This document shows positions 44,546 to 59,195 of a DNA stretch of 64,000 bases, one piece after another; position 1 is the first letter of the stretch, and each line of letters begins with the position of its first letter. The notes beneath the pieces were generated by a model. It was not told where the DNA came from and made no database searches. It was given only the letters and a program-made list of their open reading frames with translations. Both the position numbers and the translations under genes were made by a program. Source of the stretch: the human T2T-CHM13v2.0 reference genome, Homo sapiens; NCBI RefSeq assembly GCF_009914755.1, contig NC_060932.1. The stretch is one strand, 5' to 3'.

Positions 44546-46109
44546 GTTCTTGGTAATCGGTCCATAACAAGAGTCAGAGAAATACTTTTCAAGGACACTT
44601 GTAGGCAGAGATTATAGTAATCCTGACATATTTCCAAAGGATATTTTCCTTTCTGATGTGGAAAAGCTCTGGAAAGGAAAATACACTTCTGCCAATGGGT
44701 AAGGAGGATGTCTGTTCGTGTGGATGAAGTGGGACCAGCCCGGGAAGGACGCTCCTTCCTCTCTTAACGGTGCCATCTGTCACGATACACGGTGTGTTTG
44801 GGCTGACTTTTCCTGTGCTTCTGTAACGTGACTGTGCTTTCCTCGATGCTCCCCAGGGGGTGACTCTGTTTCCCGTCCCCTTGCAGAGCAGCGCCTGCTG
44901 ATAAGCCTTCAGAGGACTTCGACTGAGATGTGAATTACTCAAACACTCTTTCCTTTGTGTTCTTAAACATCACGACATCCAGCTGTGGTGTACAGGGAAG
45001 ATTTTACTGAGAATTGGGAAATATCCCAATTAGATACTTCCCAGTTCCACCATTAAACTTTTATGTCTTTAGGCAAAACAATTAACCTCTGTAATTCTCA
45101 CCTGCACACCGAGAAACTTAAAAAAGATTTCTCTGATCCAATCAAAAAAGCATATGACAATTCACTCTTGTTAAACACAAAATGTACAAAAATGTGACTT
45201 TATCTTTAAATATATAATTTGCTGTTCAAAACAAGTAGCATTATTCTCTCCCAAACTCTATGATATCTGCAAATATTTTAGGAAATTTTTTCTGTCCTTC
45301 TTTTTCCAAATTCAGAAGCCTCTGGGCAATACCGCCCTCTGTGATTCCAGCAGCTTATACTGAGACTTGCAAAGCAGCCTTGGAGACACCAGCTCACGCT
45401 GTTTGACTCTGAGAAGCTTAAAGGGCTTAATACACTGATACACCTGGGATTGCTGTTTCTCTGCTGGAAGGCCTCACATTTCTGTCTGTCCCTTCTGGGC
45501 ACCAAGACCTTAATTAGAAGTTTAATGTACAATAAAGCGAATAGCTTTATCTGTGACTGCCCCTCAATCTTCCCAGAAAAGGGAACATCTCATGTTCCTT
45601 ATTTTTTCACATTTCTTTCTCTGCATCTGAACAGAAAATAAAAATATAACAGAATTTATTAAAGTGCCATTTGCATTCTGATTTTCATCTCTGTCACTGA
45701 TCATGCTTTTACTTTCATATGAGCAAGTTGCTAATCTTATTTGTCCCTGTTTCCCACATTCCCCATCAAACTAATCATACCACTTCCCTTTCACAATGTC
45801 CGCACCTTTGGCCAGCCAGGTTTAAAAAAAATTGTTCTTTCCTTTCATTTGAATGGCACTGTGCTCATATGCTCTTGAAACTTGTACTTGTGCCTGGGTT
45901 TCCGAATTTGCCAATTAGATTAGATAACTTTCTTAAGGACATCTTTGTTTAATTTATCTTTGCTTCTCATATTTCACCTCCCTGTACAACAAACACAAAA
46001 AGGCCCAATTATGCATGTATCTTAACTGTTTGTGTTTTTATTTTTATTTCTAAAGATTGAGTTCCAAGGTTGTGGAACAAGAAGAACATGAAAATAAAAA
46101 CACTGTTCA

Positions 46110-46421
<312 letters not shown>

Positions 46422-46769
46422 CTATAGATAAGAATTCTGGCAGGTATATAGCAAAAAATATGTATATGTGGATCTGTATATCAGGGCTTTATGTGTGAGA
46501 ATAAAGATTATTTTGAACCTATACTCAGTGCAACATTAATTTCTAGAATTTACTTAATAATATTGTGGCTCATCAAATTCCAAATAATTCATTGCAGCAG
46601 TGAATAAAAAATAATTTCATAATCCTCTGAAGAATTTAGAAATTATATCGCATTTACTTTTCTTATAGATAAATAATTATTCAAGGTTGGGAAGGCAAGG
46701 CATGATTTTACATTTCGGCATCTATATCCTTATATCCCTTATTCCAAAGCTGGGTTCTTTGACATGTTA

Positions 46770-49700
46770 TTTACATGCTTTTGGTAGGTGCAAATTTATA
46801 GAAGTTTTCATACATGTGTCAGAGGCATCAGTGCCAATTTTAATTAAGATGCACGACATTTGTATCACCCCAGAAAGTTCTCATTCCCCCTAGTTAATTC
46901 TCCCTGCAGCCCCAGGTCCTGGACACCACAGATATGATCACTGTCCCTAGACTTTTGCTTTATGAGAATGTCACAAAAGGATCCAGGTGGCATGTGTCCG
47001 CTCTTTTCAATGTCTCCTTCCTCCACTTAGCTTAATACTTTTGAGATTAATCGATTTCAGTGGCTATTTCTGCATATTGCCGAGTAATTTCTCTTGTATA
47101 GGTGTACCACAATTTACAAAACCATTTAACAGTTTGAACTTCAGATTTCCCCCTCAACATTTGACTATTAATAAAATTGTATAAACATTGACCTATAAGT
47201 CTCTGTGGAAAATGCTTTTATTGCCTGTGGGTAAATATCTGGGAAAAGGATTGCTAATTTTATTTTAAAAACTGCCAAACTGTTTGCAAAGTGTTCAAGC
47301 CACTTTCACTATACTTCACCAGTAAGAAATGAGAGTTCCAGTTGCTTAACATCTATACCAGCATTTGATGTTGCTAATGTTTGTTTTGTTATATTTTGTT
47401 TCATTCCTTGCATGGAATGGTAATTTATTTGCAGTTTTATTTGCATTTCCCTATAAAATAAAGATGTAGGGCATATTTTCATATATTTTTTTTGCCACCT
47501 ACTACTCTGTTTTGGTGAAATTTCTCTTCAAATTTTTAACTCCTCCCCTCTATTTGTTGGTGTTGGGGGGTTGGCCTGTTGCCTTTCTGTTACTGAATTA
47601 GTATTATTTTGTAAGTACTTTATTAGATGATGAGTTTTAAAAATGGCTTATCAAAATCTAGTCCTTTTTTTATTTCTATAACGGTGTCTAAGAACAAAAA
47701 ATGGGTACTTTTGTTTATGTCACTTTTTTTTATGAGTTGTATTTTTTGTGTCCCCTATAAAAAGTATTTACCTAATCCAAGATTACAAAGATATTCTTCT
47801 GTACAGTCTGAAAGAATTTAAAAGCTTTTGATCTTTACATTCCATGAGATGATTTGGCTCGAGTTAATTTTGTATAAGGTGTGAAGTAGAGTTTTCCATT
47901 TCACTTTTGTGTATTTCTGTGTGCCAGCGTCATTTATTACAAAGACGATGCTTTCTCCATTAAATTCACTTGGCAACATTGACAAATATTTTGAAAGCTG
48001 CAGTAGTTTTCTTTTGAAATTTCTATTCTGTTCCATTTACGTCTGTCCAAACTCAGATACCACATTGTCTTGGTTAGTGTAGTGTCATCGTTATATTACA
48101 TCTTAAATCAGGCTATTATGGCTATTTTAAAAGATTTAGTTTTCCATTTAAATTTTACAATTGGCTTGTCAATTGCTCAAAATGCATACTGAATTTTTTA
48201 TTAAGATGCTAGGAAGTATATATCAACTTAAAGATAACTGGCATATTAAAAGTAGAGAGCCTTCAGATCCAATGAACAAAGTATATTTCTCATTTATTTA
48301 TGTCTATTTAATGCCTCTCATCAATGTTTTGTAATTTTTAGCCTATGGACTTTGTGCATATTTATTTAAACATTTCTCTAAGTAATTAACGTTTGTTGAT
48401 GATATTGTGAGTGACTTTTTTTAAATTACAATATCAAAATATGTGTTGCTAGTGTATAGATAGAATGGTGGTAGGATTTTTAATCCTGCAATTTTTCCAA
48501 AGTCATTTGTTAATTTAAGCAGTTTCTTTTGTAGATTCATTTGGATTTTCTTTATTAAGAAAAATATGCCATTTCTAAATAAACTCTGTTTGATGTATTC
48601 CTTTCTAATTCAAACAATTTTGATCTATATTTTTCTTATTTTACTGGAAGGAACATGTAGTACAATACTGAGTAGAAGTAGTGAGAACAGACCTTCATGA
48701 GATTCCCAGTCTCAGATTGAAAGCTCTCAGTCCTTCCTTGGGTCTGATATTTGCTATAGGTTTTGTGTAGATTCACTTTGTCATACTGAGCTAGTTTCCA
48801 CATATTTTTATATGACTGGGTGTATATATATGTACACACTCCCAATAATTATATTGAGTTTGTTAATATGGTGAATAATATTAATTGCTTTTTGAATGTT
48901 GAAATAAATCTTGTCTCAAACTGGGATAAACTCCTAATTGTTTATGATAGAATATCTATTTCATCTATCACAGGATTTGATTTGCTAATATCGTGTTAAG
49001 TACACTGTTACATATACGTTCACAAGCGAACTTAGTCTGAAGTTTTCTTTTCTTTTCTTCTGATTTTGATATCAGGGTAATGTTTGTCTCACAATATTAG
49101 TTGGGAAATGGTCCCTCTTCTGTTTTCTGGAAGACTGTTTCCAGAATTAGAATAATTTTCTCCTTAGGTTGTTGAAGGAATCACCCGTGGAGCCGTCTGG
49201 GACTGGAGTTTTTTGTGAAGGAGGGTTTTTAACTAAAGCTGCATTTACTTCATAAATATAGGACAATTGGGCTTATGTATTTCTTCTTGAATATGCTTTG
49301 GAAATTTGTATCTTTACAAAATTTTTCAGGGTGTTTATACTATTCTCTTATTTTAAATGTCTGTGTTGATGGTGGTGATGGCTCTTTGATGTTTATCTCG
49401 GTCATTTGCATCTACCACCCACCCACCAACCATTAGACTGCTTAACTTTTGTTTTCATTGATTTCTCTATTGCTTTTCTCATTTCTATTTTATTGATTTC
49501 TATTCTTCTGGGCTTCGTATACATAGGTGAACAATGTTAAAGCTTAGATGATTTACTCAAGGGCTCTCTTCTTTTAAATATAAGCATTTAATGTTGTAAA
49601 TGTTCTAAGAAGCCCGGCATCGGCTGTATATTACAAATTTTGAAATTTAGTATTTAATTTTTATTCAATTTAAAATATTTTTAACATATCTTATGCTGTT

Positions 49701-50500
49701 TAATTTGTAAGTTTTGGTGATTTTTCAGATATTTTCCTGTAACTGATTGCTAATTTTATTCTTTTTGGACAGAACCATACATTGCATGATATTCTCTTTC
49801 CTCTCTTGGTACAAGTTCAAAGTACATTGGAAAAAAAAAAGTGTATTCTGCTCTTGTTCAGTGAATGTCCTGAAAGTATCATTTAGATGAAGTTGGCTAA
49901 TAAAATTGTTCAGACCAATTATTGGTCTATTTGTTTATCAGTTACTGAGAATGTTCGCTGCAATTTCCAATTACAATTATATTTTTTATCTTCATACATT
50001 TAGTTATATTAGCTGTTGCTCCAATTATTTTACAGCTGTATAGTTTACTGCATTTGAATTTAGAATTATTATATTTTCTTGGTAAACTTTCATTGTTATC
50101 CTTATGTAATATCCTTTTTTACCACTGGTAATTATATATTTGATTTACTTTTTCTCATATTAATATAGCTACTCCAGATTTCTTTCAATTAGTGTTTCCA
50201 GGCAACATTTTCCATGTGTTTATTTCACCTATGTCTACATATTTAATGTAATATGATTTTTATAGAGACCGTATATAACTGGATGTTATATTTTATTCAA
50301 ACAGACAAGTTCTTTTTCTTTGGATTGATATATTTTCACCTTTTAAAATTAATGAAATTATTGATATTTCTTGATGTAAATCTTCCATCTTACACATTGC
50401 TTTCAATTCTTCCTATATCTATTTTTCTTTTCTTCTACCTCCTTTTGGAATAGTTATGTGTTTTTCATAATTAAATTTTATCTTCTATATTAGATTTAAA
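46770..50500 (-). mobile_element. Old L1M (MB/MC/ME) antisense, 3' UTR and ORF2
   Basis: T-rich strand; aactgccaaactgtttgcaaagtg, atgagagttccagttgct, ttttgatatcagggtaatg, gtgtattctgctcttgtt. Confidence 0.8.
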
Positions 50501-50816
50501 AGCAAAGGAATGATAATAGATAAAATAATAATTCACAAGAGAAATAAGTTGGATATCAGAAGTGTCCATTTGATTACAGTTCATCACGAGACTATGCACA
50601 ACTCTCAATGAAGATCTTGAACTTTCTCCAATTTTATATAACCACTGATGTCAATCATACCCAAATTCCAGTGGGTGAGTGTGGAGACCTTGCCTGATAT
50701 CTGGCTGATAAGTAAAATCACAAACTCTGTAGAACTCATAGTCCTGGAAAAAAACTCATAAAAGCTAAATAAGATGTAAGGAAGCAGCCTAAGTCTTAAG
50801 CCTGCATGAAGCATTC

Positions 50817-51262
50817 TCAGATTGCACTGTGGACATCGAGCTTTCCTGCCCCGCACTATAAAATCTAAACCACCCATCCTGCACTGTAAAATCTAAACCA
50901 TCCATCAGATTGCACTGCAGACATCAAGCTTTCCTGCCCTGCACTGTAAAACATAAACCACTCATCAGATTGCACTGTGGACATCGAGCTTTCCTGCCCT
51001 GCATTGTAAAATCTAAACCACCCATCAGATTGCACTGTTGACATCGAGCTTTCCTGCCCCCCACTGTAAAATCTAAACCACCCATCCGGCACTGTAAAAT
51101 CTAAACCACCCATCCTGCACTGTAAAATCTAAACCATCCATCATATTGCACTGTGGACATCGAGCTTTCCTGCCCTGCACTGTAAAATCTAAACCACCCA
51201 TCAGATTGCACTGTGGACATCGAGTTTTCCTGCCCTGCATTGTAAAATCTAGACCACTCATC
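50817..51262. repeat. Composite minisatellite (60-bp unit = 29-bp A + 31-bp B, plus 28-bp B')
   Basis: A gcactgtggacatcgagctttcctgccct x6; B gcactgtaaaatctaaaccacccatcagatt or B' ending catcct/catccg x9. Confidence 0.97.
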
Positions 51263-52559
51263 TGGCAAACACCACCTTTGCTCATCTCAGTTTGCTATTA
51301 CAAAGATAACGTCACACCTTCACTGAAGGCAAAGAAATTTTCAATTTCTCCATTGCAGACACACAGTGCAATCAGTGTCAATTGTTATGGTAATTTAATT
51401 ATTTTAATAAAAGCAAGTTCCAGAGAGAAATGTATGATATATTCAGAAAATACACTTTAGTTAATCTTTTATTCCAGCTTTCAATGGAGTTTGAGGCATT
51501 CATTCAATAAATATTTTTATGTGTTTACTATGCACAGGTCTTACTTTTCTAAGTGTAACTGTGCAAGACATAGAGAAGTGAATTGATTCTTTAAGTTCAA
51601 GAAATATATTATCTTTTTGTCTCTCTTCCTTTCCATATATAAAACACAAAAAGACAGATGATAGATAGATAAAGAGGCAAATTAATAGACATGCAGGTAA
51701 ATAAATAGAAGGCCTGAAATGCCTACAGGCTGATTAGCGGAGGGTTAACTCACATTCTGTAAGGTTTGCATTAGTTCTCCTGTAGTGCTATTTCTTTGAA
51801 AGTTGCCGCTACATGCAAAACTTGATTAGAATATCTAATGAGGGTGTGCATTTATCAGCATATCCCACAAGTATGTGAAGAACAGAGGTGAGTCACTGCC
51901 CTTTCTCATATGAAATATTAATCTTTTGAACAGATCTAAACTACATAATGTAATGCATTAGAGACTTTTAGTGCTTTTATACCAAAAACAATCGTAATTG
52001 TACATTAAATTATATGTAGAGAAACATAATATATGGTTAGAGTTCACCGTCAATAAAAAGTGTGGGAAAATGGACACTACTCAGGAAAATATTTTAAAAA
52101 TTCTCAAATGCATTATTTGTTGATATTAACACACACAACAACATAAAAACTGAAAATAAACATTCTCTATTCCTTGAAATAAGTCTAAAAGCCACACCAG
52201 AAATAGTAAATGATGTAATTTATGAAATACAATGACGAAAACTTTACCTAACCTGATATATTTTAATATACCTCACTTAGTGTTATTTGGTACTCACAAA
52301 AATTTTTCCTACTAATATATCACGAAGATTAAACATATTACTATATGACTATTAAATTTCAGCCAAGATGAGGATTTTAATATGGTTTTAAGGCTTGGTG
52401 CAGTTTTTCATAGGTGTCGGTGGTAAACCATATATTTTTTTCTACACAGTATAGCACAATGTTTTTAATACCTAAATGTCAGTATTTAAAGGTATTTCTC
52501 AAATAATTGAAAATAAGAGAACACATAGATATAATCTGAATCTAGAATAAAAACCTATT

Positions 52560-55330
52560 CTTACAAAATTAAAATTTGGAAACTTGTTTGGCCCAAAGAC
52601 AGCAAACGACTTAATGCCCCAGCTAAAGATTCACAAAGACATATAGCAGCAGACAATGTGAAAGATGAGACAGAGAATTCTCATGTGCGGTACTTAGAAG
52701 TATTTATTCATGGTAGTAAACCTGGTGTTTATACATGTAATTATTTAAAAAAAATCTGGTATCTAGAGGAGTCTGACACACACATGCTTCTCTCATTAAC
52801 TGATAGACCAAAGAGAGGGTGCATTCAGTTACAGTGTAGAAGATATATTTAAAATACAATTATCAAGCTTGAACTAGTGAAAAGTATTAGAATCCCTCTA
52901 CCAATAATTAGAGACTGAACATTATTCTCATATACAAATGGAGCACTTAATATTGATGTCTTAAGAAAAGAGTCTCCAAGTAATCACCATGCAGATCATT
53001 TTCTAATCACCTTTCAGTCAGAAACAAATTTAAGAGAAAACATACGAATGAAAAATTTAAAATATCCTTTATAAAGAAGCTCATTGAAAATGAATGCTCA
53101 TGAATTAAATTATAATGTACTTATGACTAAATGAAAAGGAAAATATTGATTTTCAAAATAGATGGGAGGCAACTGAAATGATATTCAATGGCAAATTCAG
53201 AACCTTAAATTCAAGGTCAGCATAAAAGAAAAGCTGAAACTTTAGAAGTTTTTTACTTTGAAGGTTATTTCAGAACAGAAAATAAAACTCAGGAAAGTAA
53301 AAGAAAAAATACTGCTGGGAGAAGAAATTAATGAAAAATTAATGAAGAGTAAATAGAAAGCGTTTAAATGGCAAGTCAGTTGTTTCTTTGAACGACTCAC
53401 AAAATATATGAATCTCTCATGGGGCTCACTAAGAAATAAAAGATAAAATGCACAAACATATAGTATTAGAATTGAATGTATAGTTCTGCAGTGTTAAATA
53501 AAACACAATCTTCCCCAAATAAAACAAAACAAAATAACAACAAAAACATTTCTACATCCTGAAGTTTTGAGGTGAAACTATTCAAGTATCATATTATTCT
53601 AATGGAGTGTAAACTCTTCCAGAAAAAAAATAAGAAGAGTAAATACCACTCAGTTGACTTCATATTTCAATTCAAAACATGATAAAAATTTGACACTACC
53701 TTAAATAATGAATGTACATACACAATATTAAAATGAAATTACAAACCACATCCAACGATACCTATAAAAATAATACTTAAACTATGCTAGATATTTTGTG
53801 TATTATTTTCATATAGCATGGATCAGTTGAGTTTATCCCAGGAATGTTATTTAAAAATAAAATATATTAATAATATTTACCATATTAATATATCAATGAA
53901 CAGAAACATTATAATTGTTTTATTACATACACAAAAGTTCCATGAGATGCAACACTCATTTATTTCTAAATATGGAATCAAATAAGCCAAGAAGATAATA
54001 TCTTTCACTAATAAAAATGATCTACTAAGAATGACATCAAACATTATGCTTAATGTTTTAATATGAGAATCATTTCTTTCAATATTAAGAACTGGAAAAG
54101 GATACACACTTTTACTATCTTTATTCAATATTGTACTTCACGTTTTACTTCAGTGAAATAGGCAGTAAAAATAAAATATAGATATATAGGCATTTGTGAG
54201 TCCATATTTTTATTTCTGGCAAATATTATAGTTTACATAGTAAATTACAGAGAATTTACAGACAAGTTATTAGAAATTATAAGGAGCCCTTATCAATGTT
54301 ACATGACATAGATCAAGGTACAAATGTGAATTGGTTTTCTAAACCCATCAATGAGCAAAATTAGAAATTTTGAAAAGAATGCTTTTAGAAAAGAAGTACA
54401 CATAATCAGTGGCAAGAAATAAATGTAACAAAAATTTCATAAACTTCATGCAAAAAAAACACCTGTAAAAGATTATTAGAAGGACAAAATAGTTAAAGAC
54501 CTAAATAACAAAAGAGACATAGCTTTATGGATAATAAAATATTATATTCAAGGATGCCAATTCTTCCCAATACAAATCAAAACAATTTGGTGTCCATTTA
54601 GAATATGATTATATTGGATCTCTCTCTTGCGCTTTATAACAAAGTAAATTTCACTAAATATAGAAGTATGCTAAAGATGGAAGAGGAAAAGCAATAAAGT
54701 AAGAGAATAACTGGAAGAAAATCTAGGTGACTACGTGAACTTTCCAGGAGTTAGACTGGTGTTTTAATCCAAGAACAGAAACACAGAAGCTGCTAAAGAA
54801 AATAGAGACATGAAATATACAATATGTTTTAAAGTAGCAAACAAAAACCTCTAAATAAATAGGAAAAATATACTTAGTGGGGAAATTGCAACACGGGAGC
54901 TTGTTGTAATATATAATTTATAAAAGACAAACAGCAGCTCTTACAGATTGTCAAGGATCAATGAGCAAGTGGACAAATAACAAGAATGAGCAGTCTAGCG
55001 ATGAGCACTCGGATAATTTAAAATTTAAAATAGATGCAAAGTGTACAAATACTGACTCATACTCAGGAAAGGTCAGGAAAAACATTACATATTTCCTTGT
55101 ATCTAATAAATTGTCCAAAATAGAAAGCTTCAATATTTTTTTAATTTTGTAATACTTTTACAAAAGATTGTAATACTTTTACAATCTTTAAAGATGCAAA
55201 GAAACATTTTTTCTTATGATTGTTAGTGGAAATGTAATTATTAGAGCCATTTTGGACAATACTATGTTAAAATATATTTAAACAATTAAAAATCTAGAAA
55301 TTCTATATCAGGTGATAGATTTAAACATAC
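52560..55330 (+). mobile_element. Very old L1ME-type ORF2 and 3' fragments
   Basis: gagtttatcccaggaatg, atgcaacactcattt, caaggatgccaattcttcccaa; heavily degraded. Confidence 0.6.
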
Positions 55331-55399
55331 ATTATTAAAGGGAAGATGAGAGCAGCAATCATACTAAAAAGTGTTTGGAACTCTACAGAATCTATCATA

Positions 55400-56930
55400 A
55401 AACAAGAGAGGAATTACAATGTCAAAGTACTGTACACAAAAAAAAATGCATACGTAGACAATTCCTGCAATAAACAGGCGAAAAAGCATTCCCTAAAACC
55501 CCGTAAAAAAATTAGGATTGCTGAACCTTCTAAAGCAGTAAGCACCACTTGGGAATAAATAGTCGCTGTGCCCAAGTAAGGGGAGAGTAAAAAAGAAGTT
55601 ATTTTCTTCTGAGCTGGAACATTCAAATACTACCAACAGATGCTCATACTCCCAAGACGGGTCTCTTCTCCAAGAGGAAGGCTTGGGTGGTGGGTCTAAA
55701 GGGAACTGTGAGGAGGAAAAGGGGGCTTCAAGGCTCTAATCATGCAGGTACAGGGACATTGTGGAGAGTGCTGGGTGACATGCCAGCGGTGGTCAGAATC
55801 CTTACAGCCCTTCCAAAATAGCAGCACCCAAGAAAACTACAAGGAATAAGTCAAAAATTGGCAAGGGCAGGGTTGTTGGGGATAAAAGCAGAGGTACAGC
55901 CATTAATAGGGAAGAGGATCAAGAGAGGCAGACATCAGAAAATACTCAAGAGGTGGATAAACTAGGGGGCAATTTATTGGAATATACCATGATAATAACA
56001 GAATAGAGAGCCACAGAACTGCAAAACTAGAAAAGACATCTGCCCAACACAGCTCCCACACCATCTTCTCGAAAATATAGAAAACACGTCTTACTTATAT
56101 GTGAGCAAGAGTGAACAAGCACAAATAAAACCCATTACATTGACGTTATAAGAAAATTTTAAAAGGAAGTAATTTTTCCAAAAAAAAATTACATACAAAA
56201 GTGAAGACGACCTGAGGTATATTTCCATGATGTAGAGAAAAACTGAAATCCAATATTTAAAATAAGCTAAAATATATTTTAAAAGAAAGAGAAAATAACC
56301 AGTAAAAGGACAAGCATTACAGAAAAAAAGAATTAGAAAAGCTCAGATATAATATGATAAAGCAACCAGAAGACATGAAAAGAGTGTTGACAGATTATCA
56401 GAATCAGAAATTTAAAAATAAAATTCAGCAATTATATGTAAGCTAGAAGAAACACAAGAGCTGTGAAACACCTGAGAAATACTGCAGGGAGGAAAAAACA
56501 GAAAGGAGAAAATAAGGAAATCAAGCAGAACTGTAAAAATAGATAAAAACTTTAAAAGAGAAAATGTTAGACGTAGAAGACAAGCAAAGACGTTTGAGTA
56601 TCAGTATAATAGCAGACCCCACAGAAGAATTAAAATAATGAAACGGCATAAATGATAAATACTACCCTTCAAAACATTACATTGAAAAAATAACTTTGAA
56701 CCACCAAATTAACACTTTATTTAATGAAACTGAGAAAGTTGACCCTGAGAGAATTGCTGTACGCGAATAAAAATAAAGCAAACACAGTATACTTTGGGCA
56801 TCCAGACCAGAAAAAAAAAAATCCAACTCATTTAGGAGGAAACTAAGTCATACCTATATTTGATTTTTTGATAGCAAACTTTAAGCAGAAAAAAATGGGT
56901 GAAGATATTTAAGATAGTCAAGATATTGAA
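55400..56930 (+). mobile_element. HAL1/L1ME ORF1-like fragment
   Basis: A-rich coiled-coil-coding-like sequence; agacgtagaagacaagcaaagacg, ctttgggcatccagac. Confidence 0.45.
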
Positions 56931-57949
56931 GATACTCCATTATTCTAATAACAATGTTAATGTTGAAATTTGATAGATTATGTTATATTCACTATTTCCA
57001 TGCAGCAAATTCCACAGTTTATATAGTGCTGTCAATAGACAGTATTTGTTATATCATAACTCCTCTAACAAAACCAACCAAAACATGGCAGTCTTGTATG
57101 CATCAAATAATTTGTAAGTAGAAAAATAATACTTAGCATCCAGATAATATTTTTATATATTTACCTCTTGGCTTTGTGTCAATGGAGGTCAACTACAATC
57201 CTTGAATCATATTTTTTTCTCCAATAACTAGAATAATGCTTGACAAATACTTTTAAATTAATAAGTATCTATGATCGAAAAAAACCATAAAATCAATATG
57301 TCAATATGTAAAATATTGAAATAGCATGTAATGACACTAGAGTTACACAAAACAACTCCCATAATTTTTTTTCTGGATAGTGAGTGTGTCAAACATAAAT
57401 CTTATCCTTATCAACGATATTCTTGGTCAACCTGCATTCAGTAACTTGCTTTCATGGCTGGTGGCCAACAAGTTACTCACCCTCACATAGCTGGATAGTA
57501 CTGAAGTTTCTGACTCCTTTTAGCACATCTATTAATAGATGTCAATAAAACTTTCCATGTAAAACGTGGGATATTATATCCAAAAGAGCCAGAAACAACC
57601 TAGAGGTTCAGAGTTATGGTGGAGCAAATTTGAACCAATATGAAACAAAGGACAGGAGAGGATCAGGCAGATACATGACTCCTTCCTTTCCTCTCATGAG
57701 TGTGTGCAGAGAAATGGATTTTCCTTGATGACCAATCTTTTGTGTCTCCTGTGACATATTTATAAGCAGTAGTGAGTACAGTAATGTATTGATTTCCATT
57801 ACTTTTTTTTTTTTGCAAAACTTGTTCTTCATTCTTGCTGCCTAGAATTGACAATTGTCTAATAATGCATCAGTACTTAATAAATGCACTAGTCTGTCTT
57901 TTTAAAGATAACTCTATTAAAGACAATTAGAGTTGGAAGAGATTCCACA

Positions 57950-58560
57950 AAGCAGGACCATTTGGAGAGCATTAAGAACCCACTGCTGGTTATAAATGAG
58001 ATGTTAATAAGCTTTGCCATTTTATGGCATAAAAATTTCACAAGATGGTCACCTGTGGTTAATTAGCAAGAAGTTCAGGTGGGAGATGAAATAAAAGGGG
58101 TCTTAACTGACTTAAGAAGAATGGTAATTATAAAGTAAACTTTTTCAGTGTGCTTGATCATACTAGAGAATTTGAAAAATGAAATAAGTTCATGCCACAA
58201 AAATACCAAATTCAAGCAAATTCCAAAAAGCCAGATGGCCATTACAGAAGGTTTAAAGGAGACGTATATATATCTTGTGAATGCATCAGCCCATGTTGAA
58301 AATGAGGCCAATGATCTGATTCCAAGAGTAGCAGAGCTGAAAGGACACTAAATGCATACATGCAATAAGTTTACCTTGTCAATGCTGAAAAATGATGAAA
58401 AAAGTATGAAACACTGACATATTGAATGGGACATTTGAATAGAAAAAAACAGAATTTTAAACTTCCAAATTTCCTTAAGTTCCCCTGGCCAGCAAAATTA
58501 GCTCTTTTTCTCCCAGAGAATACTATCTTTGCATAGAGATCGTGTGATGATCTCAAACAA
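57950..58560 (+). pseudogene. ERVL/MaLR internal gag-like fossil
   Basis: ORF 58148-58351 (LENLKNE...LKETYI...ENEANDLIPRVAELK) and downstream gaatgggacatttg resemble the ERVL gag motif ENQ-QDLI-RVAELQ...W-GDIW. Confidence 0.65.
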
Positions 58561-58994
58561 AGCAGGCTTAAAAAAATCCTTAGGATCTGTATTATTTTTC
58601 CTATTGAGTTTTGCCAGAGGATATATACAAGATAATTTCTTTCTCTGGACCTTATTAAAACTGGCAGCCTTCATTCATTACTAGCTGCCACTCAAATGGG
58701 GTGTGTATTGTTAACAAAATTCACAGAAAGTGCAACAAAGTATTATTCACATTGAAGGTCTTGTGCTAAAACATACTCCCAGCCACTGGATTTCCATTAC
58801 TTGTATCAAGTAACCAGTCACTAAATTTTTGCAGACTGATCTTCCACTCTTGTGATGAGGATTCCTCCTGAGCTCTCTAAGATAATTTGCTAATAACTAC
58901 TTATCAGGTCGAATCACTTTTGAGATCTTCAATGTACAGGATTAGAGTGATGTCCAGTGGGATGTTAAGCTCACCACATTTCTCTGTTGTAGAC

Positions 58995-59195
58995 TGGGAG
59001 TCTGCCAGTTATGCCCTGCAGTCAGCCTGCTTGATTTTGTATATAAAGTTTTATTAGAAAGTAGCCAATCCCATTCGTTCTGTATGTTTACTTTTCAGCT
59101 GTTACAGAGTTGACTAGTTGAGCCAGAGATTGTGTGGACTGTAAGCCTGAAATACATATAATCTGGTCCTTTAAGAAAAGCTGGTTAACCCTTAG
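58995..59195 (+). mobile_element. MER58A (hAT-Charlie)
   Basis: ttttgtatataaagttttattagaa ... aagcctgaaatacatataatctggtcctttaagaaaa. Confidence 0.8.

Noticed and set aside
50824-51236. V(D)J recombination signal array (CACTGTG heptamers)
   Set aside because: No nonamer at 12 or 23 bp on either strand; the nonamer-like atctaaacc is 31 bp away
50817-51262. CRISPR-like array or repeat-encoded proteins
   Set aside because: The intervening segments are themselves repeated (no unique spacers), there are no cas genes and the DNA is primate; the ORFs are by-products of the 60-bp period
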